Assembly (NCBI GenBank): GCA_964576965.1
Contig: CAZNWQ010000001.1
Coordinates: forward strand, 1-40,289
DNA length: 40,289 nt
Source of the DNA: an uncultured Dehalococcoidia bacterium
GTDB lineage: Bacteria > Chloroflexota > Dehalococcoidia > Lucifugimonadales > UBA2985
Reading direction: 5' to 3'
Below are positions 9,268-16,239 of this stretch, in pieces. Both the position numbers and the translations under genes were made by a program. Position 1 is the first letter of the stretch; every line of letters starts with the position of its first letter. The notes beneath the pieces are model-generated. The model worked only from the letters and a program-made list of their open reading frames with translations, had not been told where the DNA came from and did no database searches.

Positions 9268-9969
9268 TTATTCCCAAGTATCACGAGCCTGTTCGAATCC
9301 ATGTATATTGGCTTCCCACGTAGATGTATCCAATATTGCATAAGTTCTAAAGGCTGGTTTGTCAGGATCTCTGGGTTGGCCAAGTGATCCGGGGTTGATA
9401 AGTAACTGTTTATCGACATTAGTTATTAGGGGTCTATGTGTATGTCCAACAATTAATACGTCTGCTTTGGCCTCCGGTAGCAGGTGATTGGGTATTTTAG
9501 CTAATTTACCGCTGAAGCTATTGTCGTCCGTACCAGAGGAAACAGCTCCTTGGTCATCTTCAATCGGAGCCAATCTATCACCTTCGCCCGGTAGGAACAA
9601 TCCTGCTCTCCCTCCGTCAGTCCCCCCAGTTGGATCCAATGGGCTAGTATGCATCATCATCACAAATTTGCCGTCAATATTCCATGAAAGTGTCAATGGA
9701 ACTCTTTGTAAATGTTGCAAGTTATCTGGCTTGATATTACCAGATTTTCTCAATACAGCTCCTGCAGGAGCTAGTATTGCTGTATCATGATTTCCTCTTA
9801 CGACCGGTATTCTATATTTCTGCATAATCTCAGATATTTCATTCGAGAACCTATACTGAAGGTTCATATCTCCAGCACATATTACTTGGTCCACTCCTTT
9901 AAGTTCGGAAAGAGCTGTTTCGAAAGCCTGCAGATCGCAGTGTATATCTGATACAATACCTATCTTCAA
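9268..9969 (-). CDS. metallophosphoesterase (YfcE/MJ0936-like) with an internal insertion
   Basis: 233 aa. Calcineurin-like motifs SDIHCD, AGD, RGNHD and VGHTH, with a roughly 45-aa Gly/Asp-rich insert (PTGGTDGGRAGLFLPGEGDRLAPIEDDQGAVSSGTDDNSFSG) between them. Confidence 0.8.
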   Translation of the reverse strand: MKIGIVSDIHCDLQAFETALSELKGVDQVICAGDMNLQYRFSNEISEIMQKYRIPVVRGNHDTAILAPAGAVLRKSGNIKPDNLQHLQRVPLTLSWNIDGKFVMMMHTSPLDPTGGTDGGRAGLFLPGEGDRLAPIEDDQGAVSSGTDDNSFSGKLAKIPNHLLPEAKADVLIVGHTHRPLITNVDKQLLINPGSLGQPRDPDKPAFRTYAILDTSTWEANIHGFEQARDTWE

Positions 9970-9998
9970 GAATTTTCTCCGTTGTAATTTTTGTTGCC

Positions 9999-10047
9999 AA
10001 AAAACTGGCTTTGCTGCTCAACAACAAAAGAACAACAAAGCCAGTTT
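9999..10047 (-). terminator. intrinsic terminator after the thiolase-like gene
   Basis: 12-bp arms AAACTGGCTTTG (10002..10013) and CAAAGCCAGTTT (10036..10047). On the minus strand the 3' arm runs into a T-tract (CCAGTTTTTTGG). It lies 10 nt after the stop at 10057. Confidence 0.6.
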
Positions 10048-10056
10048 CCGATACTC

Positions 10057-11274
10057 TTATTCACGAGTGCATAAAAAGCTAGATCCATTACCGTGGGGTC
10101 CAGTTTCACATATTGCCACGTCCAACTTCTTCATTTGTCCTCCTGGCCGCGGCAGCTGCCTTTCACCTGCTGTTCCCATCATCTGCTGAGCAGTTTCCCA
10201 TATGTGTGTCATTCCATGGATTCTTCCATTACCTAAGTTACCACCAGCAGTGTTCATAGGATGAGGGCCATCTATATCTATAGTTCCGTTTTGCATCCAG
10301 CTATGAGCTTGGCCTTCAGGTACTATGCCCATTGTTTCTAGCCACATCCATGTCATAGGGCTGAATCCATCATATAGGTGTATTAAGTCAACATCTGATG
10401 GTTTCATTCCAGCACTGTCAAACAAGTTTTTACCGTGCTGTCCTTCCCATTCGTATTGGTTCTCCAGAGATGCTACAACTCCAGTTTTCTTTTTGTTCCA
10501 TACGCTGGCTCCCATGCCAGCTATGTAACCTCCAGGATGAGGAGTGTCTTTGGCACGATCTTCGGTAGTCATTATTACCGCCTGTATTCCATCTACTGGC
10601 ATGTCATTGTCGAAAACGCACATTGGATACGCGATGAGTCGTGAGTTGATATAGTCATCATACGTTATTTGGCGACCCTTCCAGACGGCGTATTCATTCA
10701 TTTGGGCATTTTTATGGGCATTGATAACATATGCAGCCAACTCTTCCCGTTTGGCTCCATATTTTTCCAAATATCTTTGGTAAGTAATAGCTTGTCCAGA
10801 TCCTCCAACACCATGGCCATATACAGTTGAAAAAGCTGAGGATCCTCCAGCTGTTCTGCCGCTCACTTGTCTGTATCTTACACCAGCAGGATGATGGCCG
10901 GTTCTTATACAAATTGCGTAGTTACATACTCCTGATGCTAAAGCCGCTGCCGCTATATGTATCATACTCACTGACCCGGCCGCCGGGAGATCGGTTTGTA
11001 TCCACCATTTGACATTATCGAAAGGTATAGCTGACATTATATGATTGGCATCCAGCCAGACCGCAGGATCTCCCTTAACACTTGGTCCCCAGTTGGGGTC
11101 TGCCCATGAAGCTACTCCGTCAATGTCAGAGGGTTTCAATCCGGCATCCGCGATAGCATTAAGAGCTGCTTCGTTTGCTCTCGCAGATTTACTGCCACCA
11201 TAGTAGCGCCTACACATGGTACTACCTGCTCCTATGAATACTGGGCGTTTCCCTTTTGGCCATTCAATCGGCAT
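10057..11274 (-). CDS. thiolase-fold protein (SCP-x / DUF35-associated type); nucleophilic Cys apparently absent
   Basis: 405 aa. Thiolase-like N and C halves (AAAALASGVCNYAICIRTG; GGNLGNGRIHGMTHIWE). See the corresponding finding for the active-site reading. Confidence 0.75.
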   Translation of the reverse strand: MPIEWPKGKRPVFIGAGSTMCRRYYGGSKSARANEAALNAIADAGLKPSDIDGVASWADPNWGPSVKGDPAVWLDANHIMSAIPFDNVKWWIQTDLPAAGSVSMIHIAAAALASGVCNYAICIRTGHHPAGVRYRQVSGRTAGGSSAFSTVYGHGVGGSGQAITYQRYLEKYGAKREELAAYVINAHKNAQMNEYAVWKGRQITYDDYINSRLIAYPMCVFDNDMPVDGIQAVIMTTEDRAKDTPHPGGYIAGMGASVWNKKKTGVVASLENQYEWEGQHGKNLFDSAGMKPSDVDLIHLYDGFSPMTWMWLETMGIVPEGQAHSWMQNGTIDIDGPHPMNTAGGNLGNGRIHGMTHIWETAQQMMGTAGERQLPRPGGQMKKLDVAICETGPHGNGSSFLCTRE

Positions 11275-11319
11275 AACGTCCTCCTGTTTATATTTATATT
11301 GGTTTATTCCTCAAACTGG

Positions 11320-11901
11320 TTAGCTAGTTCTTGGTTGAAACTGTGGTATCCAAACATCATCGTTAATTTGTTCAAATATGACTTCAAGAGGAAGGCCCAT
11401 GGTAAGACCTTCACCAAGTTCTCCGTATTCGAAATTTAGGATGTTAGACATAAGTAATAACCCAGTTTGTTCTTCAAGTTCTACTATACACACCGCATAA
11501 GGAACTTTTTCCTCAAAGCCGGATACAGATGTGTCATAGCAAATATAGTGTGTATAAAGAGTTGCTCTTCCACTAACTTCCTCCCACGCCAATTCGTGGT
11601 CTCTGTTCTTGCAATTTATACAGATGTAGTTAGGTGGATGATTGTAGTATCCGCATCCTTGACAACGTTGCAACACCAATTTACCCTCTTTTGTTCCATC
11701 CCAATATGGTTGGGTTAATTGTGATGCTACGGGAACGATATTATATGGGCCCATAGTATCGTGAGATAAGTTATCTAAACTACGGACTAACGGTGCAGCA
11801 GCACCCCCCAATACATCCGAGTGAGTTCCCAAAGGTCCTGCGGTTACGTCAGAATGAGTGTCTAGTGGTCCAACTGGTGGCTCAGAGCCCTGACTAGTCA
11901 T
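11320..11901 (-). CDS. DUF35 OB-fold / zinc-ribbon protein (thiolase partner)
   Basis: 193 aa. Rubredoxin-like CxxC...CxxC (CQGCGYYNHPPNYICINCKN) followed by an OB-fold segment. It lies 45 nt upstream of the thiolase-like gene, the canonical pairing. The N-terminus carries a duplicated GPLxTHSDV motif. Confidence 0.8.
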   Translation of the reverse strand: MTSQGSEPPVGPLDTHSDVTAGPLGTHSDVLGGAAAPLVRSLDNLSHDTMGPYNIVPVASQLTQPYWDGTKEGKLVLQRCQGCGYYNHPPNYICINCKNRDHELAWEEVSGRATLYTHYICYDTSVSGFEEKVPYAVCIVELEEQTGLLLMSNILNFEYGELGEGLTMGLPLEVIFEQINDDVWIPQFQPRTS

Positions 11902-12023
11902 AGAGTCCCCCTTTCAGTGTTTGTGATCTGAATCCGAGATTCCTTGTATAAGGCCAAAACCGGTGTAATGGCGTCTTGATTATCCTAGTGATATATAGTG
12001 CCTGTGTCAACCTCGTGATGGTG

Positions 12024-12668
12024 TCAGTTGGGTTTATCCGATGCTGGATAAATGGTTATTTTCCTTTGGTCTCCCATGCCGGTGCTTTCGGTTGCAACTT
12101 TGTTGTTTTCGGATAGTTCCATGTGGATGACGCGGCGCTCGTTGGGAGTCATGGGTTCCAATGTGATAGATTGTCCAACATCCACAACCCTTTCTGCTAC
12201 TCTGTTAGCCAGGGTTCTCAGCGAGGAATATCGCCGTTCTTTATACCCTTCCACATCCAATATTACTCTTCCTTCAGTCTTCCTGTTTACGATCAGATTT
12301 ACTATAAATTGTAAAGCTTTTAGGCTTTCTCCTCGTCTCCCAATCAACAAACCAGAGTCTTCACCCTCTATGTCGAATTCGATAGTATCGGACTGAGGAT
12401 CATTATTCTTAGAAACAGCAGATGAAGCACTGACATTCATGTTCCTCATAACATTGTCCAAGACTAGTTTAGATACAGGTAATAGTTCCGTAGGCATATC
12501 TAGCATAAGGACTCTAATTCGAGCAGGTTCGGCCCCGAATCCTAAAATACCACCTTTGCCTTCACTTATTACGTCTATTTCTACCTGATCTCGGTTTGCG
12601 CCGAGTTGCTCTAGGGCGTTCTCTATCGCCTCGTCTACTGACTTCCCTGTCACTTCCATCGTTTCCAT
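12024..12668 (-). CDS. jag: Jag / KhpB-type RNA-binding protein (Jag_N + KH + R3H)
   Basis: Jag_N begins at METMEVTGKSVDEAIENALEQLG, with an R3H segment ERRVIHMEL. I place the start at ATG 12668 (GGAG 4 nt upstream). The track ORF extends to a TTG at 12686, and ATG 12659 is also possible. Confidence 0.85.
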   Translation of the reverse strand: METMEVTGKSVDEAIENALEQLGANRDQVEIDVISEGKGGILGFGAEPARIRVLMLDMPTELLPVSKLVLDNVMRNMNVSASSAVSKNNDPQSDTIEFDIEGEDSGLLIGRRGESLKALQFIVNLIVNRKTEGRVILDVEGYKERRYSSLRTLANRVAERVVDVGQSITLEPMTPNERRVIHMELSENNKVATESTGMGDQRKITIYPASDKPN

Positions 12669-13473
12669 TTTGCTCCATTTCTTCAACCGATTGTTCGGAT
12701 GATTCTTCCTGTACTACGGGCCCTTGTTTTGGTGCAGGTAATAGATTCCCCCAACCGGTTATAAAATATTGTATACCCATTTGTATGAAGTTGGATGCCA
12801 CCCAGTAAAGCGCTAATCCACTTGGCAACTGGAATGAGAAGAAAGTTAGCATCAGAGGCATCATCCACAACATCATAGTGTTGGTTTGCGCTTGCCTTGG
12901 ATCTGCCGAAGGAACCATCGACATTTTCTGAACCGACCACATAGATAGACCTACTAATGCAGGTAGTAGAAAATCTTTTTGCTCGGCAGGTCCTTGGGCT
13001 AGGTTTAACCAAAGAAACCCACTATTTAGAGGCACTGCTTCGTTGACAAGCGGTAGCCACGAATAGAGTTTTTCTGAAAGTCCTATTAGTCTCTCTGGTT
13101 GGCTAGGTAAAGTTTGAATAATAGCTTGATATAGACCTATCCATATAGGCATCTGAACCAACATTGGGCCTAAACATCCGAAGGGATTCATCCCATGTTC
13201 TCTGTAAAGCTTCATGGTTTCTTGAGATAGTTTAGACCGGTCATTCTTGTATTTCTCTTGTAGAGCCTTAACTTTAGGCTGTAGAACGGACATATTTCTG
13301 GTAAGTCTTATTTGTTTGAGAGTAAGAGGTAATGTAATTACTCTGATGATAACTGTAAAGAGGAGGATGCTCAGACCGAAATTGTCAAAGAGAATAGCGT
13401 AAAGAAATACTAGACTGTTGACCATAGGTCCCTGTATAAGCTGTTCCCACATTAAACCTAGAAAATCAAGCAT
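12562..13473 (-). CDS. yidC: membrane protein insertase YidC (short, P1-less type)
   Basis: 303 aa. Conserved VIIRVITLPLTLKQ, MSVLQPKVKALQEKYK, LYREHGMNPFGCLPML-like and PSGLALYW segments, plus an acidic-then-basic C-terminal tail ending RRKPRSGRNRRNK. Confidence 0.9.
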   Translation of the reverse strand: MLDFLGLMWEQLIQGPMVNSLVFLYAILFDNFGLSILLFTVIIRVITLPLTLKQIRLTRNMSVLQPKVKALQEKYKNDRSKLSQETMKLYREHGMNPFGCLGPMLVQMPIWIGLYQAIIQTLPSQPERLIGLSEKLYSWLPLVNEAVPLNSGFLWLNLAQGPAEQKDFLLPALVGLSMWSVQKMSMVPSADPRQAQTNTMMLWMMPLMLTFFSFQLPSGLALYWVASNFIQMGIQYFITGWGNLLPAPKQGPVVQEESSEQSVEEMEQNGNDGSDREVSRRGDRERPRATRRKPRSGRNRRNK

Positions 13474-13499
13474 TATACTCCAAAATCATGTCGATGTTA

Positions 13500-14630
13500 T
13501 TAACCACTTTGGCAAGTCCTGTCTTCCTTGGAGTCGTAGCACCAAAGGTCCCTCCAGAGAGTGTCCTCTAAATTCACAGCTCTAACAGTATGATTCATGG
13601 CACTAATGTAGATTACTGAATCAGTGCCTGAAGATTTAATTGGTGCTCTCACGGGCTCTTTTATTGAGAATGATCGGAGTTCACTGCCTGTATCTTTATC
13701 TAGCAAGAATACGTCGCCGTTGTGGTTCGCTACAACGAGGCCAGAGGGAATTAACACTGGATCGGAAACTATTGGAGCTTTCGTGTCAAAGGGCGTGTTC
13801 CAACTGGATGACCCATTGTATTTGTTGATAGCATATATGTTTCCATCGAGGGAAGCAGCATAAATATTTGACTCATCTGACGTTGCTTTAGCCCAGAACC
13901 AGTTATCGCCTCTAAATGGTGAAGACCATTGTTCAGTCCCTTTAGTTGCATCTATAGCATAGAAATGTTTGTCGAATGATCCTATATATACCGTTCCATC
14001 TGCCACTAGAGGAGTTGCCGCTATGGCACCTTTAGTGGTGAATTTCCAGAGTTCCTTGCCCTCCAAAGTTAACGCATACAGGTTTCTATCCAAAGATGAA
14101 AGATAGATTATGTCTTGTTCAATGACAGGTGTGGACCAAATCTTATTCCCTGTTTGAAAGTTCCATTCTTGCACACCGTCTTCAATAGCCAAGGAATATA
14201 ATGTTCCGTTTGATGTGCCAAATATCACACTTTTATCAGTTAATACAGGAGATCCCACTATGTGTCCGTCTGATTCGAAACTCCAAATTTTTTGTCTGGT
14301 TTCTATATTTATAGAGTATAGACTTCCAGAACTTTCGCCATAGCTTCCAATATAAATTAAATTATCTTTAACAACTGGGGATCCATATAGACCTTTGAAA
14401 TCCTCTTCTTCCGTATTAGGGTATTGCCATAGAATATCACCAGTATTCTTGTCAAATGCAGCAAGCCTTGCTTCTTGGGTACCTATATATACTGTATCGT
14501 CTACGGTGACTGCTCCAGACCACCCGGATTTCGCTGAGAAGTTGTTAGCTTCGCACCCAGAGAGCATAACAATCAATATTGTTAGTAGAAGAAGGAATCT
14601 GATTAGGTTGTTTAATTTTAGTGTATTCAA
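13500..14630 (-). CDS. PQQ-like / BamB-like eight-bladed beta-propeller lipoprotein
   Basis: 376 aa. Signal peptide with lipobox LSGC. Eight repeats of the pattern hydrophobic-Y-hydrophobic-G-S-x-D-G-x-L-Y-A-hydrophobic-D-x-x-T-G-x-x-x-W, for example TVYIGSFDKHFYAIDATKGTEQW and NIYAASLDGNIYAINKYNGSSSW. Confidence 0.8.
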   Translation of the reverse strand: MNTLKLNNLIRFLLLLTILIVMLSGCEANNFSAKSGWSGAVTVDDTVYIGTQEARLAAFDKNTGDILWQYPNTEEEDFKGLYGSPVVKDNLIYIGSYGESSGSLYSINIETRQKIWSFESDGHIVGSPVLTDKSVIFGTSNGTLYSLAIEDGVQEWNFQTGNKIWSTPVIEQDIIYLSSLDRNLYALTLEGKELWKFTTKGAIAATPLVADGTVYIGSFDKHFYAIDATKGTEQWSSPFRGDNWFWAKATSDESNIYAASLDGNIYAINKYNGSSSWNTPFDTKAPIVSDPVLIPSGLVVANHNGDVFLLDKDTGSELRSFSIKEPVRAPIKSSGTDSVIYISAMNHTVRAVNLEDTLWRDLWCYDSKEDRTCQSG

Positions 14631-14674
14631 TTTTGTATAAATTACTTTGTATGTATGTCTAATATATATGTTAC

Positions 14675-14884
14675 TTAGGGAACTGGGTCATATCCGTTTT
14701 TACCTATGGGGTTACATCTGATCAATCTGTTTAATGTCAAAGACAAACCCTTAATGGCACCATGCTTTTGTATTGCTTCATAGGAATAGTCAGCACATGT
14801 TGGGTAGTATCTGCATGAAGTAGGTAGGAATGGGGAAATAGATTTTTTATACAGTTTGATTAAGGTCAGAGATATTTTTTTCAA
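14675..14884 (-). CDS. yidD: membrane protein insertion efficiency factor YidD
   Basis: 69 aa. Family signature LYKKSISPFLPTSCRYYPTCADYSYEAIQKHG...RLIRCNP. Confidence 0.9.
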   Translation of the reverse strand: MKKISLTLIKLYKKSISPFLPTSCRYYPTCADYSYEAIQKHGAIKGLSLTLNRLIRCNPIGKNGYDPVP

Positions 14885-14888
14885 GATA

Positions 14889-15242
14889 CTATGTTTTCTC
14901 CTGACGAGCCTTGGTCAGTAGGTTTGCTTTACTTAGAATAGATTGTACTGCATCGTGGAGTTCTTGATAACTTACTACAGATGCTTTTTGGCGGGCCACG
15001 AAGATCATATCCCATCCGTCCTTAACTAAAGTGTGTCTGACTGATTCTCTAAGTCGTCTCTTAACAGTATTTCTGGCAACTGCGTTGCCGGTACGTTTGG
15101 CCACAGTGAAACCGAACCTGCTTTCGTGACTGTTATCCACGTGCATAGCTTTCAGCACCAGTAGACTGTTTACCCAAGACCGACCGTTAGTGTAAACATT
15201 AGAGAACTCTAGGGGTTTTCTGATACGCAGCTCTTTTTTCAT
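14889..15242 (-). CDS. rnpA: ribonuclease P protein component
   Basis: 117 aa, basic. The RFGFTVAKRTGNAVARNTVKRRLRE segment matches the RNR motif region. Its position between rpmH and yidD is the canonical one. Confidence 0.9.
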   Translation of the reverse strand: MKKELRIRKPLEFSNVYTNGRSWVNSLLVLKAMHVDNSHESRFGFTVAKRTGNAVARNTVKRRLRESVRHTLVKDGWDMIFVARQKASVVSYQELHDAVQSILSKANLLTKARQEKT

Positions 15243-15288
15243 TGAGCCATAACCAAAGAATCTCGGAGAAGTTTGGGCATTAACCCTA

Positions 15289-15426
15289 CTAAACCGTTAG
15301 TTTCTCCCTACCTTTAAATCGCCTACTTCTTAGTACTCTGCGGCCACCACGGGTCATCATTCTCGAGAAAAACCCGTGAACCCTTTTCCTTCTTCTTACT
15401 TTAGGTTGATAAGTTCTTTTAGACAT
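15289..15426 (-). CDS. rpmH: 50S ribosomal protein L34
   Basis: Below the ORF-track size cutoff. Hand translation from ATG 15426 gives [45 protein letters not shown], stop at 15289..15291. This is the classic L34 sequence. Confidence 0.9.
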   Translation of the reverse strand: MSKRTYQPKVRRRKRVHGFFSRMMTRGGRRVLRSRRFKGREKLTV

Positions 15427-15448
15427 GATAAATATTATTCCAGCTAGG

Positions 15449-15478
15449 ATTATAGTTCTTATTTGGTTAAGGTGTCAA
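15449..15478 (-). promoter_or_regulatory. sigma70-like promoter for the rpmH operon
   Basis: Minus strand reads TTGACA (15478..15473), an 18-nt spacer, then TATAAT (15454..15449). Both hexamers are consensus, about 25 nt upstream of the rpmH ATG. Confidence 0.5.
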
Positions 15479-15504
15479 TTTAAAGTTCAATACAAATTTT
15501 CTCT

Positions 15505-15533
15505 TTGACCAGTGTGGCTCTGGGCATTACAAT
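15505..15533 (+). promoter_or_regulatory. sigma70-like promoter for tRNA-Gln
   Basis: TTGACC (15505..15510), a 17-nt spacer, then TACAAT (15528..15533), about 24 nt upstream of the tRNA 5' end. It is divergent from the rpmH promoter. Confidence 0.5.
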
Positions 15534-15557
15534 GTAATTGCGTAAAGACTATGAAGA

Positions 15558-15628
15558 TGCCCGATAGTGTAGCGGTAGCACGTCAGCCTTTGGAGCTGAA
15601 GTCCCTGGTTCGAATCCAGGTCGGGCAG
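15558..15628 (+). tRNA. tRNA-Gln (anticodon UUG)
   Basis: Hand-folded cloverleaf. Acceptor stem TGCCCGA/TCGGGCA (U1-A72, as in bacterial tRNA-Gln), D-arm GTGT-AGCGGTA-GCAC, anticodon stem TCAGC/GCTGA with loop CT-TTG-GA, T-arm CCTGG-TTCGAAT-CCAGG, discriminator G. CCA is not encoded. Confidence 0.85.
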
Positions 15629-15678
15629 CGTTAATCCGACATGGTCACGTTATTGTCATAAGATAGAGGTACATATAT

Positions 15679-16239
15679 ATGAAGATTGGTCTAATATCCG
15701 ACACCCATATCCCAGGAGGAGCTACAGAAGTACCAGAGATTGTTAAAGATGTATTTCATGACGTTGATTTAATACTTCATGCAGGAAATGTTTATACCCT
15801 TTCTGTTTTAGATTGGCTTGAATCGATTGCTCCTGTAAAAGTTGCAGGTGCCTTAGATAGAGATAAGATGTGTCATGGAGATCCTAGAGTTGAAGAAAAG
15901 CAAGTCGTCGAAGTAGAAGGCAGTGTTATAGGTGTGATTCATGATTTAATGGTACCTGGATTTGGAGGCTGGATTTATCCTGGTTCTCTTTCTAATTTAT
16001 ATAACCATGAAAATAGAGGACCTTTAGTACCTGATGAAATGTTTGGCAGGAAAGTAGATGTAATCGTTTTTGGCCATACGTGTACTGTCTTAGTAGAGGA
16101 ATATGGAGACACTTTGCTCATTAATCCGGGCAGTCCTACTTTACGTGATCAACTTAGGAAGATAGGTACGGTAGTAACGCTCGAGATATCTGCGGGAAAA
16201 CGGGAAGCAAAGATAATAGATTTGGCGAATTTAATCTAG
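15679..16239 (+). CDS. metallophosphoesterase (YfcE/MJ0936-like)
   Basis: 186 aa. Motifs MKIGLISDTHIP, HAGN and FGHTC. It is a compact paralogue of 9268..9969. Confidence 0.8.
   Translation: MKIGLISDTHIPGGATEVPEIVKDVFHDVDLILHAGNVYTLSVLDWLESIAPVKVAGALDRDKMCHGDPRVEEKQVVEVEGSVIGVIHDLMVPGFGGWIYPGSLSNLYNHENRGPLVPDEMFGRKVDVIVFGHTCTVLVEEYGDTLLINPGSPTLRDQLRKIGTVVTLEISAGKREAKIIDLANLI

Noticed and set aside
15427-15557. Possible oriC next to rpmH, the usual dnaA-rpmH origin neighbourhood
   Set aside because: There is no dnaA in the window and no cluster of TTATCCACA-like boxes in the spacer. The only 8/9 matches I saw (about 15131 and about 39260) are isolated and lie inside coding regions.
15558-16239. 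tRNA-Gln as an integration site for a genomic island
   Set aside because: There is no integrase, no phage or transposon genes, and no direct repeat of the tRNA 3' end elsewhere. The only match is a 9-nt TCGGGCAGC at about 3773, consistent with chance. The flanking genes are housekeeping.
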